Shown: one piece after another, positions 10,062 through 18,689 of the stretch
Layout of the letters: every line of letters begins with the position of its first letter
How positions within the stretch are numbered: the stretch's first letter is position 1
From: Dehalococcoidia bacterium
GTDB lineage: Bacteria > Chloroflexota > Dehalococcoidia > DSTF01 > JACRBR01
NCBI GenBank assembly: GCA_021731085.1
Contig: JAKFYB010000015.1
Span: forward strand, 81,745 to 145,744
Reading direction: 5' to 3'
DNA length: 64,000 nt
The notes under the pieces: model-generated
Told to the model about the DNA's origin: nothing
Seen by the model: the letters and a program-made list of their open reading frames with translations, nothing else
The model's database searches: none
Translations under genes and position numbers: made by a program

Positions 10062-10238
10062 CTACGCCTCAGCCGTACCCTTGTCGCGGTTGCTGATCAC
10101 GATCATCGCGTGAATGATCGCCGGGATATAGATCAGGAAGCACAGCAGGATGTTCAGTAGCCCATGCTTCACGCCGCCATACACAAATGCGGGGATCGGT
10201 GGGACCAGTATCGCCAGGACGTACATCAGGATGATCAT
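10062..10238 (-). CDS. Pmp3/YqaE (UPF0057) family small membrane proteolipid, 58 aa
   Basis: Manual translation MIILMYVLAILVPPIPAFVYGGVKHGLLNILLCFLIYIPAIIHAMIVISNRDKGTAEA; AGGAAGG RBS 6 nt upstream; absent from the ORF track because under 60 aa. Confidence 0.7.
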   Translation of the reverse strand: MIILMYVLAILVPPIPAFVYGGVKHGLLNILLCFLIYIPAIIHAMIVISNRDKGTAEA

Positions 10239-10282
10239 CGGATTCCTTCCTTATCGCCGACGGGGGCTCGAGATACACGCCG

Positions 10283-10582
10283 CTAGTCGATGATACCGGC
10301 GGAAAGCTGCACCCAGACAACAAGGAGCGTGAGCACAATCGCCCCCGCGATTGCGAGCCGATACCGGGTATCGCGAACATTCCGCACCACAAGCTCTAGC
10401 ATCAGCCCCGTGCCGCCCAACAGCACGCCCATCGCAGCGAAGTCGAACCAGCTCCAGACAACGTCATCAGAAAACTGCATCGCAACAAGCGGAATCAGCA
10501 GTATCAGTCCCACGACACCCGCAACGCGGACAAAGCTCTTGTGTTCCAACATAGGCGGGCGATCAGTGTTCATTTCATTCAT
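10283..10582 (-). CDS. hypothetical small membrane protein (about 99 aa, 3 TM)
   Basis: C-terminal part of the 406-aa track ORF; hydrophobic segments; GGAGGG RBS upstream of MNEMN start; the upstream remainder of the track ORF is antisense to cysK and judged spurious. Confidence 0.45.
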   Translation of the reverse strand: MNEMNTDRPPMLEHKSFVRVAGVVGLILLIPLVAMQFSDDVVWSWFDFAAMGVLLGGTGLMLELVVRNVRDTRYRLAIAGAIVLTLLVVWVQLSAGIID

Positions 10583-10677
10583 TTCGAACCCTCCGTTCGG
10601 TTCCCATGCTAGTCCGCCGCCGGTAACCCTTGCCATCCCCACGATGCAGGCAGAGAATATCGAGCCACGTTCGGACG

Positions 10678-10699
10678 CGACCTCCGACCTCCGACCTCC
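10678..10699. repeat. tandem 7-mer (GACCTCC) x3, 16 bp upstream of the cysteine synthase start
   Basis: GACCTCCGACCTCCGACCTCC read directly. Confidence 0.6.
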
Positions 10700-10714
10700 A
10701 ATACACTGCCACCG

Positions 10715-11668
10715 ATGCATCACCTCCACATCATCCACACCATCGGCAACACGCCGATCGTCCGCCTCCAGCACCTCTCCCCCAACCCCGACGTCCATCT
10801 CTACGCCAAGCTCGAAGGCTGGAATCCGACCGGCTCGATCAAGGACCGCATCGTCCGCCATATGATCGAACATGCTGAGCGCGACGGGCGCATCATTCCC
10901 GGCGACACCGTCATCGAAGCCTCCACCGGCAACACCGGAATCGCGCTGGCGATGGTCGGCCGCGCGATGGGCTACCACGCCCGCATCGTCATGCCAGAGA
11001 ACGTCTACCCCGAGATCCCGCGCGCGCTCGAGGTCTACGGCGCGGACGTCCACTGGGTCGCCGCCGAGGACGGCGTCACAGGCGCGATGGCCGTCGCGAA
11101 GAAGATGGCCGCCGACGAGCGCGCCTTCATGCTCGACCAGTTCGGCAACCCGCACAACGCGCGCGCTCACTACGTCTGGACCGGCGCCGAGATTCTCGCC
11201 GATGTCCCGCAGGTCGACGTCTTCATCGCCGGTCTCGGCACCGGCGGTACCGTCATGGGCACGGGCCAGCGCCTGAAAGAAGCGAACCCTCGCACAAAGG
11301 TGATCGCTGTCGAGCCGCATCCGGGTGGCGGCCAGGTGCAGGGCCTGAAGTCGCTCGCCGACGGCTTCATCCCGCCGATCCTCGACCTCGCCTTTCTCGA
11401 TGGCAAGATCCTCGTCCGCAGCGCCTCCGCGTTCCGTGCCGCGCGCCTCCTGATGCAGCGAGAAGGCATCTTCGGCGGCGTCAGCGCCGGCGCCGTGCTG
11501 CACGCGGCCCTCAAGTACGCCGAGCGCATGGACAAAGGCAACATCGTGATGATCTTCGCCGATAGCGGCTGGAAGTATCTGGAGACCAACCTCTGGTCCC
11601 GCGAACTGCCATCGGAGGACGCGTCGGGCGACGCAGAAGAATCACTCGACGACACGATCTGGTGGTGA
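10715..11668 (+). CDS. cysteine synthase (CysK/CysM family PLP-dependent enzyme)
   Basis: PLP-lysine motif NPTGSIKDR, nucleotide loop GTGGT, STGNTG; 317 aa. Confidence 0.85.
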   Translation: MHHLHIIHTIGNTPIVRLQHLSPNPDVHLYAKLEGWNPTGSIKDRIVRHMIEHAERDGRIIPGDTVIEASTGNTGIALAMVGRAMGYHARIVMPENVYPEIPRALEVYGADVHWVAAEDGVTGAMAVAKKMAADERAFMLDQFGNPHNARAHYVWTGAEILADVPQVDVFIAGLGTGGTVMGTGQRLKEANPRTKVIAVEPHPGGGQVQGLKSLADGFIPPILDLAFLDGKILVRSASAFRAARLLMQREGIFGGVSAGAVLHAALKYAERMDKGNIVMIFADSGWKYLETNLWSRELPSEDASGDAEESLDDTIWW

Positions 11669-11691
11669 AGGTCTGAGTTCGTTGCTACCGC

Positions 11692-12129
11692 TTGGGCGGC
11701 GCCACCGGCGCGCAGTACGATGCCACCGTGATTGATCCAGCGACCGGCCAGCAACCTTTATGCCCGATGTGCGGCTCGCACGATGTCCGTTGGCGCCGTC
11801 GCCGCTGGTACGACTCCGTGCGCAATTCTCTGCGGCACTGGTTCGAGACGGTCGCGAGCACGCTCTTCCGGTCGCCCGATGTCAGAGCCTCGCGCCATCT
11901 AGAAATGAGAGGTCGAGGCTCGAGTGTGACCATCATCCTGCCAAACACGGATGACTCTCTGTCAACGGAGGCTATTCGGGAGCTTCAAGGTGGTGTAGGT
12001 CGTGAGCTGCATGACTCTCGCGTCAGCTCAGCAGTGCCCATGCATTTCTGGAAGTGCAACTCGTGCGGCCACGATGGGCACGAGTTCGACGATGTCGCAG
12101 CGCTCCTACCTCGGGAGCGTCCAGTTTGA
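11692..12129 (+). CDS. hypothetical protein with two CxxC pairs (zinc-ribbon-like)
   Basis: CPMCGSH ... CNSCGH; no other recognisable domain; start uncertain. Confidence 0.4.
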   Translation: MGGATGAQYDATVIDPATGQQPLCPMCGSHDVRWRRRRWYDSVRNSLRHWFETVASTLFRSPDVRASRHLEMRGRGSSVTIILPNTDDSLSTEAIRELQGGVGRELHDSRVSSAVPMHFWKCNSCGHDGHEFDDVAALLPRERPV

Positions 12130-12136
12130 GAGCAGA

Positions 12137-13408
12137 CTACGCCGGCCGAACGTCTCCGTTGCCGAACACGATCCACTTGTACGTGCAGATCTCACGCAAG
12201 CCCACAGGCCCGCGCGCGTGGAACTTCTGCGTCGCGTCAATGATCTCCGCGCCCATGCCGAATTGCGCGCCATCGGTGAACTGCGTGCTTGCGTTCACGT
12301 AGCAGACGGCGGTGTCGACCTCGCGCAGGAACTGCATCGCCGTCGTGTAGTTCTCGGTGACGATGGCGTCGCTGTGACCGCTGCTGTAGCGATAGATGAA
12401 GTCGGTCGCGTCCTCGTATGAATCGACGACGGCGACGGACGCGATGAGCGACAGCCATTCCTTGCCGTAGTCCTCGCCGGTAGAGCGTGTGACGCCGCCA
12501 CGGCCCTCGAGGATCTCGAACGAGCGCTCGTCGCAGCGCAGTTCACACTGCTTCTCGGCGAGCGCCGTCTGAACCTTCGGGAGAAATGCGCGCGCGACGT
12601 CGGCGTGGACGATGACGGTGTCGAGCGCGTTGCAGATGCTGTACCGCCGCGTCTTCGCGTTCACGACGATATCGACGGCCTTTTGGAGGTCGGCGTCCTT
12701 ATCGACATACGTGTGGCAGACGCCGATGCCGCCGATGAGGACGGGCATCGTCGCGTTCGCTTCGACGAACCGGATGAGGTCTTCGCCTCCCCGTGGGACG
12801 ACGAGATCGATGTATTCCTTCATCTGCAGCAGTTCGGCGACGGCGGCGCGGTCGCTGCTCTCGATGATCTGCACCGCACCCTCGGGCGCTCCTGCATCGG
12901 CTAGCGCGCGGTCTATCAAACGGCCGATCGCCTGGTTCGACTGCAACGCTTCCTTGCCGCCGCGCAGTATGCTCGCGCTGCCCGCCTTCAGGCACAGCGA
13001 CGCGATATCGACGGTGACGTTCGGGCGGTTCTCGTAGACGGCGCCGATGACGCCGAACGGCACGCGCATCTTTCCGACTTGCATGCCGTTGGGCAGCGTC
13101 TTCATCTCGATCATCTCGCCTACGGGATCGGGGAGGGATGCGACGTTGCGCACGTCCTTCGCGATCGCGGCGATGCGATCCTCATCGAGAGCGAGGCGGT
13201 CGAGCTTGTACGCCGACAGGCCGTCGGCTTTCGAGCGCTCGACGTCTTGCCGGTTAGCGTCGAGAATGGCCGACTGACCGGCGACGAGGCCGTCGGCCAG
13301 CCGGTTAAGCGCGTCGTTCTTGACCTGCGACGACACGGTCGCGAGGCGGCGGGCCGCCCGCTTTGCGGCCTGTGCCTTCAGTTCGACTTCTGATGCGGTG
13401 ATCGTCAT
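12137..13408 (-). CDS. proA: gamma-glutamyl phosphate reductase
   Basis: 423 aa, aldehyde dehydrogenase fold with typical ProA blocks (VPRGGEDLIRFV, CNALDTVIVH). Confidence 0.9.
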   Translation of the reverse strand: MTITASEVELKAQAAKRAARRLATVSSQVKNDALNRLADGLVAGQSAILDANRQDVERSKADGLSAYKLDRLALDEDRIAAIAKDVRNVASLPDPVGEMIEMKTLPNGMQVGKMRVPFGVIGAVYENRPNVTVDIASLCLKAGSASILRGGKEALQSNQAIGRLIDRALADAGAPEGAVQIIESSDRAAVAELLQMKEYIDLVVPRGGEDLIRFVEANATMPVLIGGIGVCHTYVDKDADLQKAVDIVVNAKTRRYSICNALDTVIVHADVARAFLPKVQTALAEKQCELRCDERSFEILEGRGGVTRSTGEDYGKEWLSLIASVAVVDSYEDATDFIYRYSSGHSDAIVTENYTTAMQFLREVDTAVCYVNASTQFTDGAQFGMGAEIIDATQKFHARGPVGLREICTYKWIVFGNGDVRPA

Positions 13409-13485
13409 TTCGTGCTTCCTCTTGCAGAAGTAAGCGCCATTCTAGCAGCTTCGCCGATGCCGTTTATAGACGAGTGCAGCTCGCG

Positions 13486-13806
13486 TCAGTTCAACCACTC
13501 CAGCAGCCACAGGGCGCACATGCCGACGGCGATGGTCGCCCAAACGTTCTTCGTGAGAGCTGCAACCGCTACCGCGAGGAGGGCGGCCGGAACGCGGGCA
13601 TTCGTTACCCACGGATCGAACTCGCCGGCGCCATCCACGTACAGCACCGCCGGCACGATGATGGCCGTCAGGACCGCGGGCGTGACGTAGCGCAGGGCGT
13701 CGCGGGCGAGCGCAGGAAGCGAGCTATGGTGGACGAAGACGAAAAACGACAGCCGGATGCCGTACGTGACCACGCCCATGCCGACCATGACGAGCCAGAG
13801 GTTCAT
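13486..13806 (-). CDS. azlD: branched-chain amino acid exporter small subunit
   Basis: 106 aa, 3-4 TM, AzlD-like; overlaps azlC stop by 4 nt. Confidence 0.7.
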   Translation of the reverse strand: MNLWLVMVGMGVVTYGIRLSFFVFVHHSSLPALARDALRYVTPAVLTAIIVPAVLYVDGAGEFDPWVTNARVPAALLAVAVAALTKNVWATIAVGMCALWLLEWLN

Positions 13807-14549
13807 GCGGCCTCCGTTGCATCGGCGGCGCTGACGGCACGCGGCATCCTGACGGCGATCGCCATCGCGACGGCCAGGCCAAGCAGCGCCGGAACAAGCA
13901 CGTTCAGCCCATACGGCCAGCGGAACCCGAACGCGGCGACTGTTCCCGCGACGATGGCAGCGGCGAGGCCCGGGCGGTCCTTGATTGATGGCACGACGAT
14001 GGCGATGAACGTCAGCGGCAGTGCGAAGTCCAGCGCCCAGCTAGCGGGTACGGCCGCGCCCGCGAAGACGCCGATTGCCGTCGTGACCTGCCAGTCAACC
14101 CACAGCGCCACGGCCGATCCAAGCAGAAACCAGTGCTTGTTCACGGAGACGTCCGGCTGCTGATAGCGGACGATGGCCGGCGCGTACGCCTCGTCGGTCA
14201 GCAGATACGCCAGCAGCCAGCGCCAGCGCGCCTGCAAGCCATCGACGTAGGGCGCTAGCGACGCGCTGTACAGCATGTGCCGCGAGTTCACGAGCAGCGC
14301 CGTCAACACGATGATGATGCCCGGCACTTCGGACGCCATCTGGCGCGCGCCCACGAACTGGCTCGCACCACCAAAGACCACGACGGACATCGCTTGCGAG
14401 AACCCCGGCGACAGCCCGGATTCCACGGCGTAAGCGCCGTAGGCGAGTCCGAACGGCGTCACGCCGAGCAGTAGCGGAAGCTGCGCGCGGATGCCGGCGG
14501 AGAACTCGGAGGAGCGGGTTGGTGGCATGTCCGCCAATCGTAGCGGCAC
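13803..14549 (-). CDS. azlC: branched-chain amino acid exporter large subunit
   Basis: Polytopic membrane protein, AzlC-like; start could instead be the internal Met at about 14528. Confidence 0.7.
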   Translation of the reverse strand: MPLRLADMPPTRSSEFSAGIRAQLPLLLGVTPFGLAYGAYAVESGLSPGFSQAMSVVVFGGASQFVGARQMASEVPGIIIVLTALLVNSRHMLYSASLAPYVDGLQARWRWLLAYLLTDEAYAPAIVRYQQPDVSVNKHWFLLGSAVALWVDWQVTTAIGVFAGAAVPASWALDFALPLTFIAIVVPSIKDRPGLAAAIVAGTVAAFGFRWPYGLNVLVPALLGLAVAMAIAVRMPRAVSAADATEAA

Positions 14550-14731
14550 GCCGAATTTGACGCTCCTGCGTCGTCCTACAGCGGGAACTGTAATGCCCTA
14601 TGGGTGAAGGTGTTTTCATCTGTGTCGAAGGAGGCGGGGCCTTCGACAGACAAACGGGGCGGTGCCGAAAGGCACCCCTCGTTTTTCTTTTGGCAGCTGT
14701 CAGGTGTCAGCAGTCAACCGCTAGTCAGTCG

Positions 14732-15193
14732 TCAGATAAAGTAGCGGCCTTTTTTGCCGCCAGTTTGTTCCGCCCGGCGGACGAGTTCACCGAAGGACGT
14801 CGCGTCCATCACACTCGCGACGGCATCGCGGACGTCGGTCCAGACGGTCTTGAGGGTGCAGGTCGCCTCATCCTCGCACCAGTCGCAGGTTCGGTGCTGG
14901 GTAAGGCTTGCGCACGGGGCTGGCGCCAGCGGACCGTCGATCAGGCGGCTCACTTCGCCAACGAGGATCTCTTCCGGATCGCGGGTCAGGCGGTAGCCGC
15001 CCCGCGAGCCCAAACGGCTGACAACGAAGCCTCCGGCTTTGAGCTGCGCCAGCACCTGCTCGAGGAACTTCACGGACGCGTTGCAGCGGCGCGCGATTTC
15101 GGCCGCCGAGAGCCCGGGTGCCGTCGACGCCTCAACCTTGGCCAGCTCCAGCACGGCCTTCAGCGCCAGTTCCCCGCGGCTCGTCAGCTTCAT
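14732..15193 (-). CDS. Rrf2 family transcriptional regulator (three Cys, possibly Fe-S sensing)
   Basis: MKLTSRGELALKAVLELA...AEIARRCNASVKFLEQVL, typical Rrf2 HTH; C-terminal C..C..C cluster. Confidence 0.8.
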   Translation of the reverse strand: MKLTSRGELALKAVLELAKVEASTAPGLSAAEIARRCNASVKFLEQVLAQLKAGGFVVSRLGSRGGYRLTRDPEEILVGEVSRLIDGPLAPAPCASLTQHRTCDWCEDEATCTLKTVWTDVRDAVASVMDATSFGELVRRAEQTGGKKGRYFI

Positions 15194-15342
15194 GCCCTAA
15201 TCATACGCCAGCAGTCAATCCTTGCCCGACGATGGGTGACGGACTCGTTCTCATCCAGGCCGCGCGATCTGAAAAGCCCGCGCTACGGGAGGTCGCTGAC
15301 TGAGAGGACCACGCTACGGGGTCGATCACCAAAAGGCCCATG

Positions 15343-17373
15343 CTACGGCACGCCCATCCATGGACGCATCGCGCCCAGCGGCGTGTCGGCGACGGGTGGC
15401 GGTGGCGGCTCGCGCAGTCCGCGAGCGATGCGGGGTATGGACCAGATGAAGGCCGCCGCCATCACGATGACGAACCCGTACGCAACGTACTCGATCGTTT
15501 TGTCCTCCAGCGTCCCGATCCAGAAGATCTCCGAATCCAGCGTGACGGCGAATCCGTTCCAAATGGCGTGGAGGATGACCGCGGTGAAGTACAGCGAGAT
15601 CGCCCGGCGCTTGTCGTCGCCGTTCATCCAGTACCACCAGCCGAGCCCGACGAGGCCTGTCGCCAGACAGTGCAGCGACGTGCTGCCGGCGCGTATCAGC
15701 ATGATCTCCCACCACGCGCTGAGGTCGTCGGCGATGACGCCCGCGCCGTACAGAAGCGCCTCGACGAACCCGAATCCAGCGCCGGCCGCCGCACCGAGCG
15801 CGAATGCCTGTCCGCGCGTCGTTGTCCGGCGTATGAGGAACAGGACGCTGAGGCCCTTCAGGAACTCCTCGGCGAACGGCGGAATGATGGCGATGGCGAC
15901 GATATTCGCGATCCACTGTTGGGTGCTGGTGAGCCAGATCTCCGCATCGCCGATGACATCCCAGACGCCGTATTCGAAGGAACCGCCGCTGATGGAGGAA
16001 ACGTCTTCGAAGGCGCCGTTGTAGACAAGGAGTAGCACCGTGACACCAAGACCGCCGATCGAGTTCACAAAGCCGGCCATCATCACGCCGACGGCGATCG
16101 CCAATCCCCAGGCGAGCGTGATCTGCCGCCATGTGATGCCCTTGAGCAGCCGCCCGCGGAGCCATGACGCGCGCATCGCGAACGCGATGTACGTCGCACC
16201 GGGCAGGACCGCAGCGAGCGTGTGCAGAGCAGGCATCGGCCACGCGTACGGCGACTCGAGCCGCATGTTCGCCTGGCCGGCGAGCAAGACGGCGCCAAAC
16301 GTCACCGCGATCGCGATCGCCCATGGGGGTCGAAACGCGCTCGTCCGGGCGCCGAGCGATGAGCGAATGCCGTGGTACACCAGGATCATGCCCGGGACGA
16401 AGAACTGCATGGCCAGCGCCGTAAAGCCGATGACGACGGCGACGACCTCGAAGTCTTCCGCCTCGAAGTCCGAGGAATCGCTCGATGCGACGCCGAGAAC
16501 TAGGCCGAGCGTGCCGATCACGAAGAGCCCCAGCAGGCCGAGCAGTACGCCGTATGCCGCCCCCAGTGGCCGGCGCCAGCGGCCGAGGCTTGCCCGCGCT
16601 TCCGGCTCAAGCGCCCACCGCAGACAAAGGGCTGCAAGTACGATGCCGCCGCCAAGCGTCAGCAGCCCGAAGATGAACAGTGCGTTGGACGCCTGGTATT
16701 CGGCGATCCCTGCATCGTTGATCTGGCGATACACGGGGGCGAAGATGAGCATGAAGTAGCCGAGCATGATGAGTGTCGCCGCAAGGAAGACGCAGACGCC
16801 TTTCGCATACGCGCGCCACGAACGCCAGAGCAGAGCTAGACCGAGCGTCGCGCCGACGAGGATCGACACGGCGACGCCGATGAGGGCACTGCCACCGCTT
16901 TGGTACGCGCTCGTCAGGTCATCGAAGATCAGCCATGCATAGACGGAGACGCAGACCATCAGCGTTATCGTGCCCGTCACCGCGCCGACGAAACGCCAGA
17001 AGCCGAAGGGCGATGCCTGTTTCGCGCCCTTAGGCCGCGTGCGACCATAGCCGGCCGCCGGGAAGGAACCGCCGCGCTGGTTCGGGCGCGCGAATGTGCC
17101 GGCGGCGATCGCCGCGGGAGGAGCATCGTACGGCCTGTCGGCGGGGAGGGGCGGCGCCGCGGGGCAGCGCTGGCGCGCCCCGTGACGAAGCGAGCCACGG
17201 CAGTACGGGCAGGTGGCCGTCTCGGGGAACGCCGGTAGCCGTTCGTCGTCGTCTATCAAGCCCGCTCCAATGTGAGAGACAGTACGCGAGCGCGTGCGCG
17301 CTGTAAACCGTCGCCCTCTAACGTGCTTATCGACGATTCGGTATGCGCATGTGAGGACGAGTCGGCCGCGCAT
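15343..17373 (-). CDS. polytopic membrane protein with N-terminal zinc ribbon and C-terminal PrsW-like intramembrane protease domain
   Basis: CPYCRGS...C near N-terminus; about 14 TM helices; C-terminal PrsW signatures FAEEFLKGL and HAIWNG; start uncertain. Confidence 0.6.
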   Translation of the reverse strand: MRGRLVLTCAYRIVDKHVRGRRFTARTRSRTVSHIGAGLIDDDERLPAFPETATCPYCRGSLRHGARQRCPAAPPLPADRPYDAPPAAIAAGTFARPNQRGGSFPAAGYGRTRPKGAKQASPFGFWRFVGAVTGTITLMVCVSVYAWLIFDDLTSAYQSGGSALIGVAVSILVGATLGLALLWRSWRAYAKGVCVFLAATLIMLGYFMLIFAPVYRQINDAGIAEYQASNALFIFGLLTLGGGIVLAALCLRWALEPEARASLGRWRRPLGAAYGVLLGLLGLFVIGTLGLVLGVASSDSSDFEAEDFEVVAVVIGFTALAMQFFVPGMILVYHGIRSSLGARTSAFRPPWAIAIAVTFGAVLLAGQANMRLESPYAWPMPALHTLAAVLPGATYIAFAMRASWLRGRLLKGITWRQITLAWGLAIAVGVMMAGFVNSIGGLGVTVLLLVYNGAFEDVSSISGGSFEYGVWDVIGDAEIWLTSTQQWIANIVAIAIIPPFAEEFLKGLSVLFLIRRTTTRGQAFALGAAAGAGFGFVEALLYGAGVIADDLSAWWEIMLIRAGSTSLHCLATGLVGLGWWYWMNGDDKRRAISLYFTAVILHAIWNGFAVTLDSEIFWIGTLEDKTIEYVAYGFVIVMAAAFIWSIPRIARGLREPPPPPVADTPLGAMRPWMGVP

Positions 17374-17463
17374 TTAACAGATGGCCAACAGATTCTGCGA
17401 TCGTCGTTAAGACAAGACTCCGATACCAACGGTGAAGCAGGAAGTGTTCACGCGAGGGAGACC

Positions 17464-17817
17464 ATGGGTACGTACGTTTCGATGCTGATCTGGACAGGGG
17501 AACCGCAGCCGCGCCCCGGCGACGTGCGCGCGGCGATCCGCCGCCACCGTCGGCACCTTCAGGCGCGCGGCCTGCACTCGCTCGCCTTTCTGCCGGATGA
17601 AGGCGACTGCGCGGCCGTGATGGTGTCTGCCGCGCCGGATGAGGAATCCGTCGCCGAGATGGCGTACTCGATCCTCCCGTTTTCGGCCCTTCGTATCGAC
17701 ACGATGCCGTTCGACGATGAAGCATCGGGTGACTCGCACGGAGAAGGCGCGGTGGTAAGCCCCCCACCACCGCGCGATGAACGTGGAGACCGCCTGGATG
17801 AGGTCGTCGCTGCCTGA
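17464..17817 (+). CDS. GYD-domain-like small protein (117 aa)
   Basis: MGTYVSMLIWTGEPQ N-terminus resembles GYD family; GGGAGA RBS upstream; the longer track ORF from 17272 is judged 5' over-extended. Confidence 0.45.
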   Translation: MGTYVSMLIWTGEPQPRPGDVRAAIRRHRRHLQARGLHSLAFLPDEGDCAAVMVSAAPDEESVAEMAYSILPFSALRIDTMPFDDEASGDSHGEGAVVSPPPPRDERGDRLDEVVAA

Positions 17818-17897
17818 CGCACGCGGGGTGCGCAAGAACCGGGACGGCGTGCGTTGGGGCACGCCGTCTCTGTGTCCGCCTGGTGGCGATAAGGACA

Positions 17898-17923
17898 CGG
17901 AGCGCGGGCTTTCGGCCCGCGGG
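17898..17923 (-). repeat. REP-like hairpin repeat copy 2 (reverse orientation, degenerate stem)
   Basis: CGGAGCGCGGGCTTTCGGCCCGCGGG, between the convergent GYD and gatD genes. Confidence 0.65.
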
Positions 17924-17951
17924 TGCGGCCACCGAGTGCCGAATCGGGCCG

Positions 17952-18689
17952 CTAAGGCTTCAACGAAAGTGCGGCGGCGTGGGCGCGCGTTTCCGCGCGG
18001 TCGTCGATCGGCGCCAGCTCTGCGTCGCCATTTCTCCGCGTCAACGCCAGGCCGAGCAGGTGGTCGGCGAACGCCGGATTCTTCGGCAAGAGCGAGCCGT
18101 GGATGTAGGTGCCGTACGCGTTGCGATACACGACACCTTCGAGGCCATCGGTGCCGTTGTTGCCGTTCCCGCTGCGGACGCTCGCAAGTGACCGCGCGGC
18201 CGGGCCGAGATGCGTGCGGCCACCGTGATTCTCGAAGCCGACGATCGTCTGGCCCTCCCAGTTCACGACGATGTTGCCGATGAGGCGCTTAGTCTTCTCA
18301 CCCGGGTGCTCCGTGTGGAGGTCGAAGATGCCGGCGCCGGCGAGTTCCACACCGGTCGATTCGCGATAGAACCGCCCGAAGAGCTGATATGCCCCGCAGA
18401 CGGCCAACAGGACAACGTCCGCCTCGACCGCTTCGCGTATCGCATCCGCCTTGGTAGCGAGCAGATCCTGTGCGACGTTTCGCTGCTCGCGATCTTGCGC
18501 CCCACCGGCAAAGATCAGATCCGCGGACTGCGGGTCGAACGCGTCGCCGATGCTCAGTTCCGTCAACTCGAACGTGATGCCGCGCGCCTCACATCGATGG
18601 CGGAGCGTCATGATGTTGCCGCGATCGCCGTAGATGTTCATCAGGCGCGGATAGAGGTGGGTCACGCGGAGAGTGCGGGAGCCGCTCAT
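17952..18689 (-). CDS. gatD: lipid II isoglutaminyl synthase glutamine amidotransferase subunit
   Basis: GATase1-like/CobB-CobQ-like domain with catalytic Cys in AVCGAYQLFG; ATGA overlap with murT stop. Confidence 0.8.
   Translation of the reverse strand: MSGSRTLRVTHLYPRLMNIYGDRGNIMTLRHRCEARGITFELTELSIGDAFDPQSADLIFAGGAQDREQRNVAQDLLATKADAIREAVEADVVLLAVCGAYQLFGRFYRESTGVELAGAGIFDLHTEHPGEKTKRLIGNIVVNWEGQTIVGFENHGGRTHLGPAARSLASVRSGNGNNGTDGLEGVVYRNAYGTYIHGSLLPKNPAFADHLLGLALTRRNGDAELAPIDDRAETRAHAAALSLKP

Noticed and set aside
10583-11503. Upstream part of the 406-aa minus-strand ORF
   Set aside because: It is antisense to the cysteine synthase gene. Only the last ~99 codons have a membrane-protein character and an RBS.
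15326-16324. 332-aa minus-strand ORF and other long overlapping frames (16040-16759 +, 15340-16035 +)
   Set aside because: They are alternative frames over the PrsW-like membrane protein gene, with Arg-rich composition typical of off-frame GC-rich DNA.
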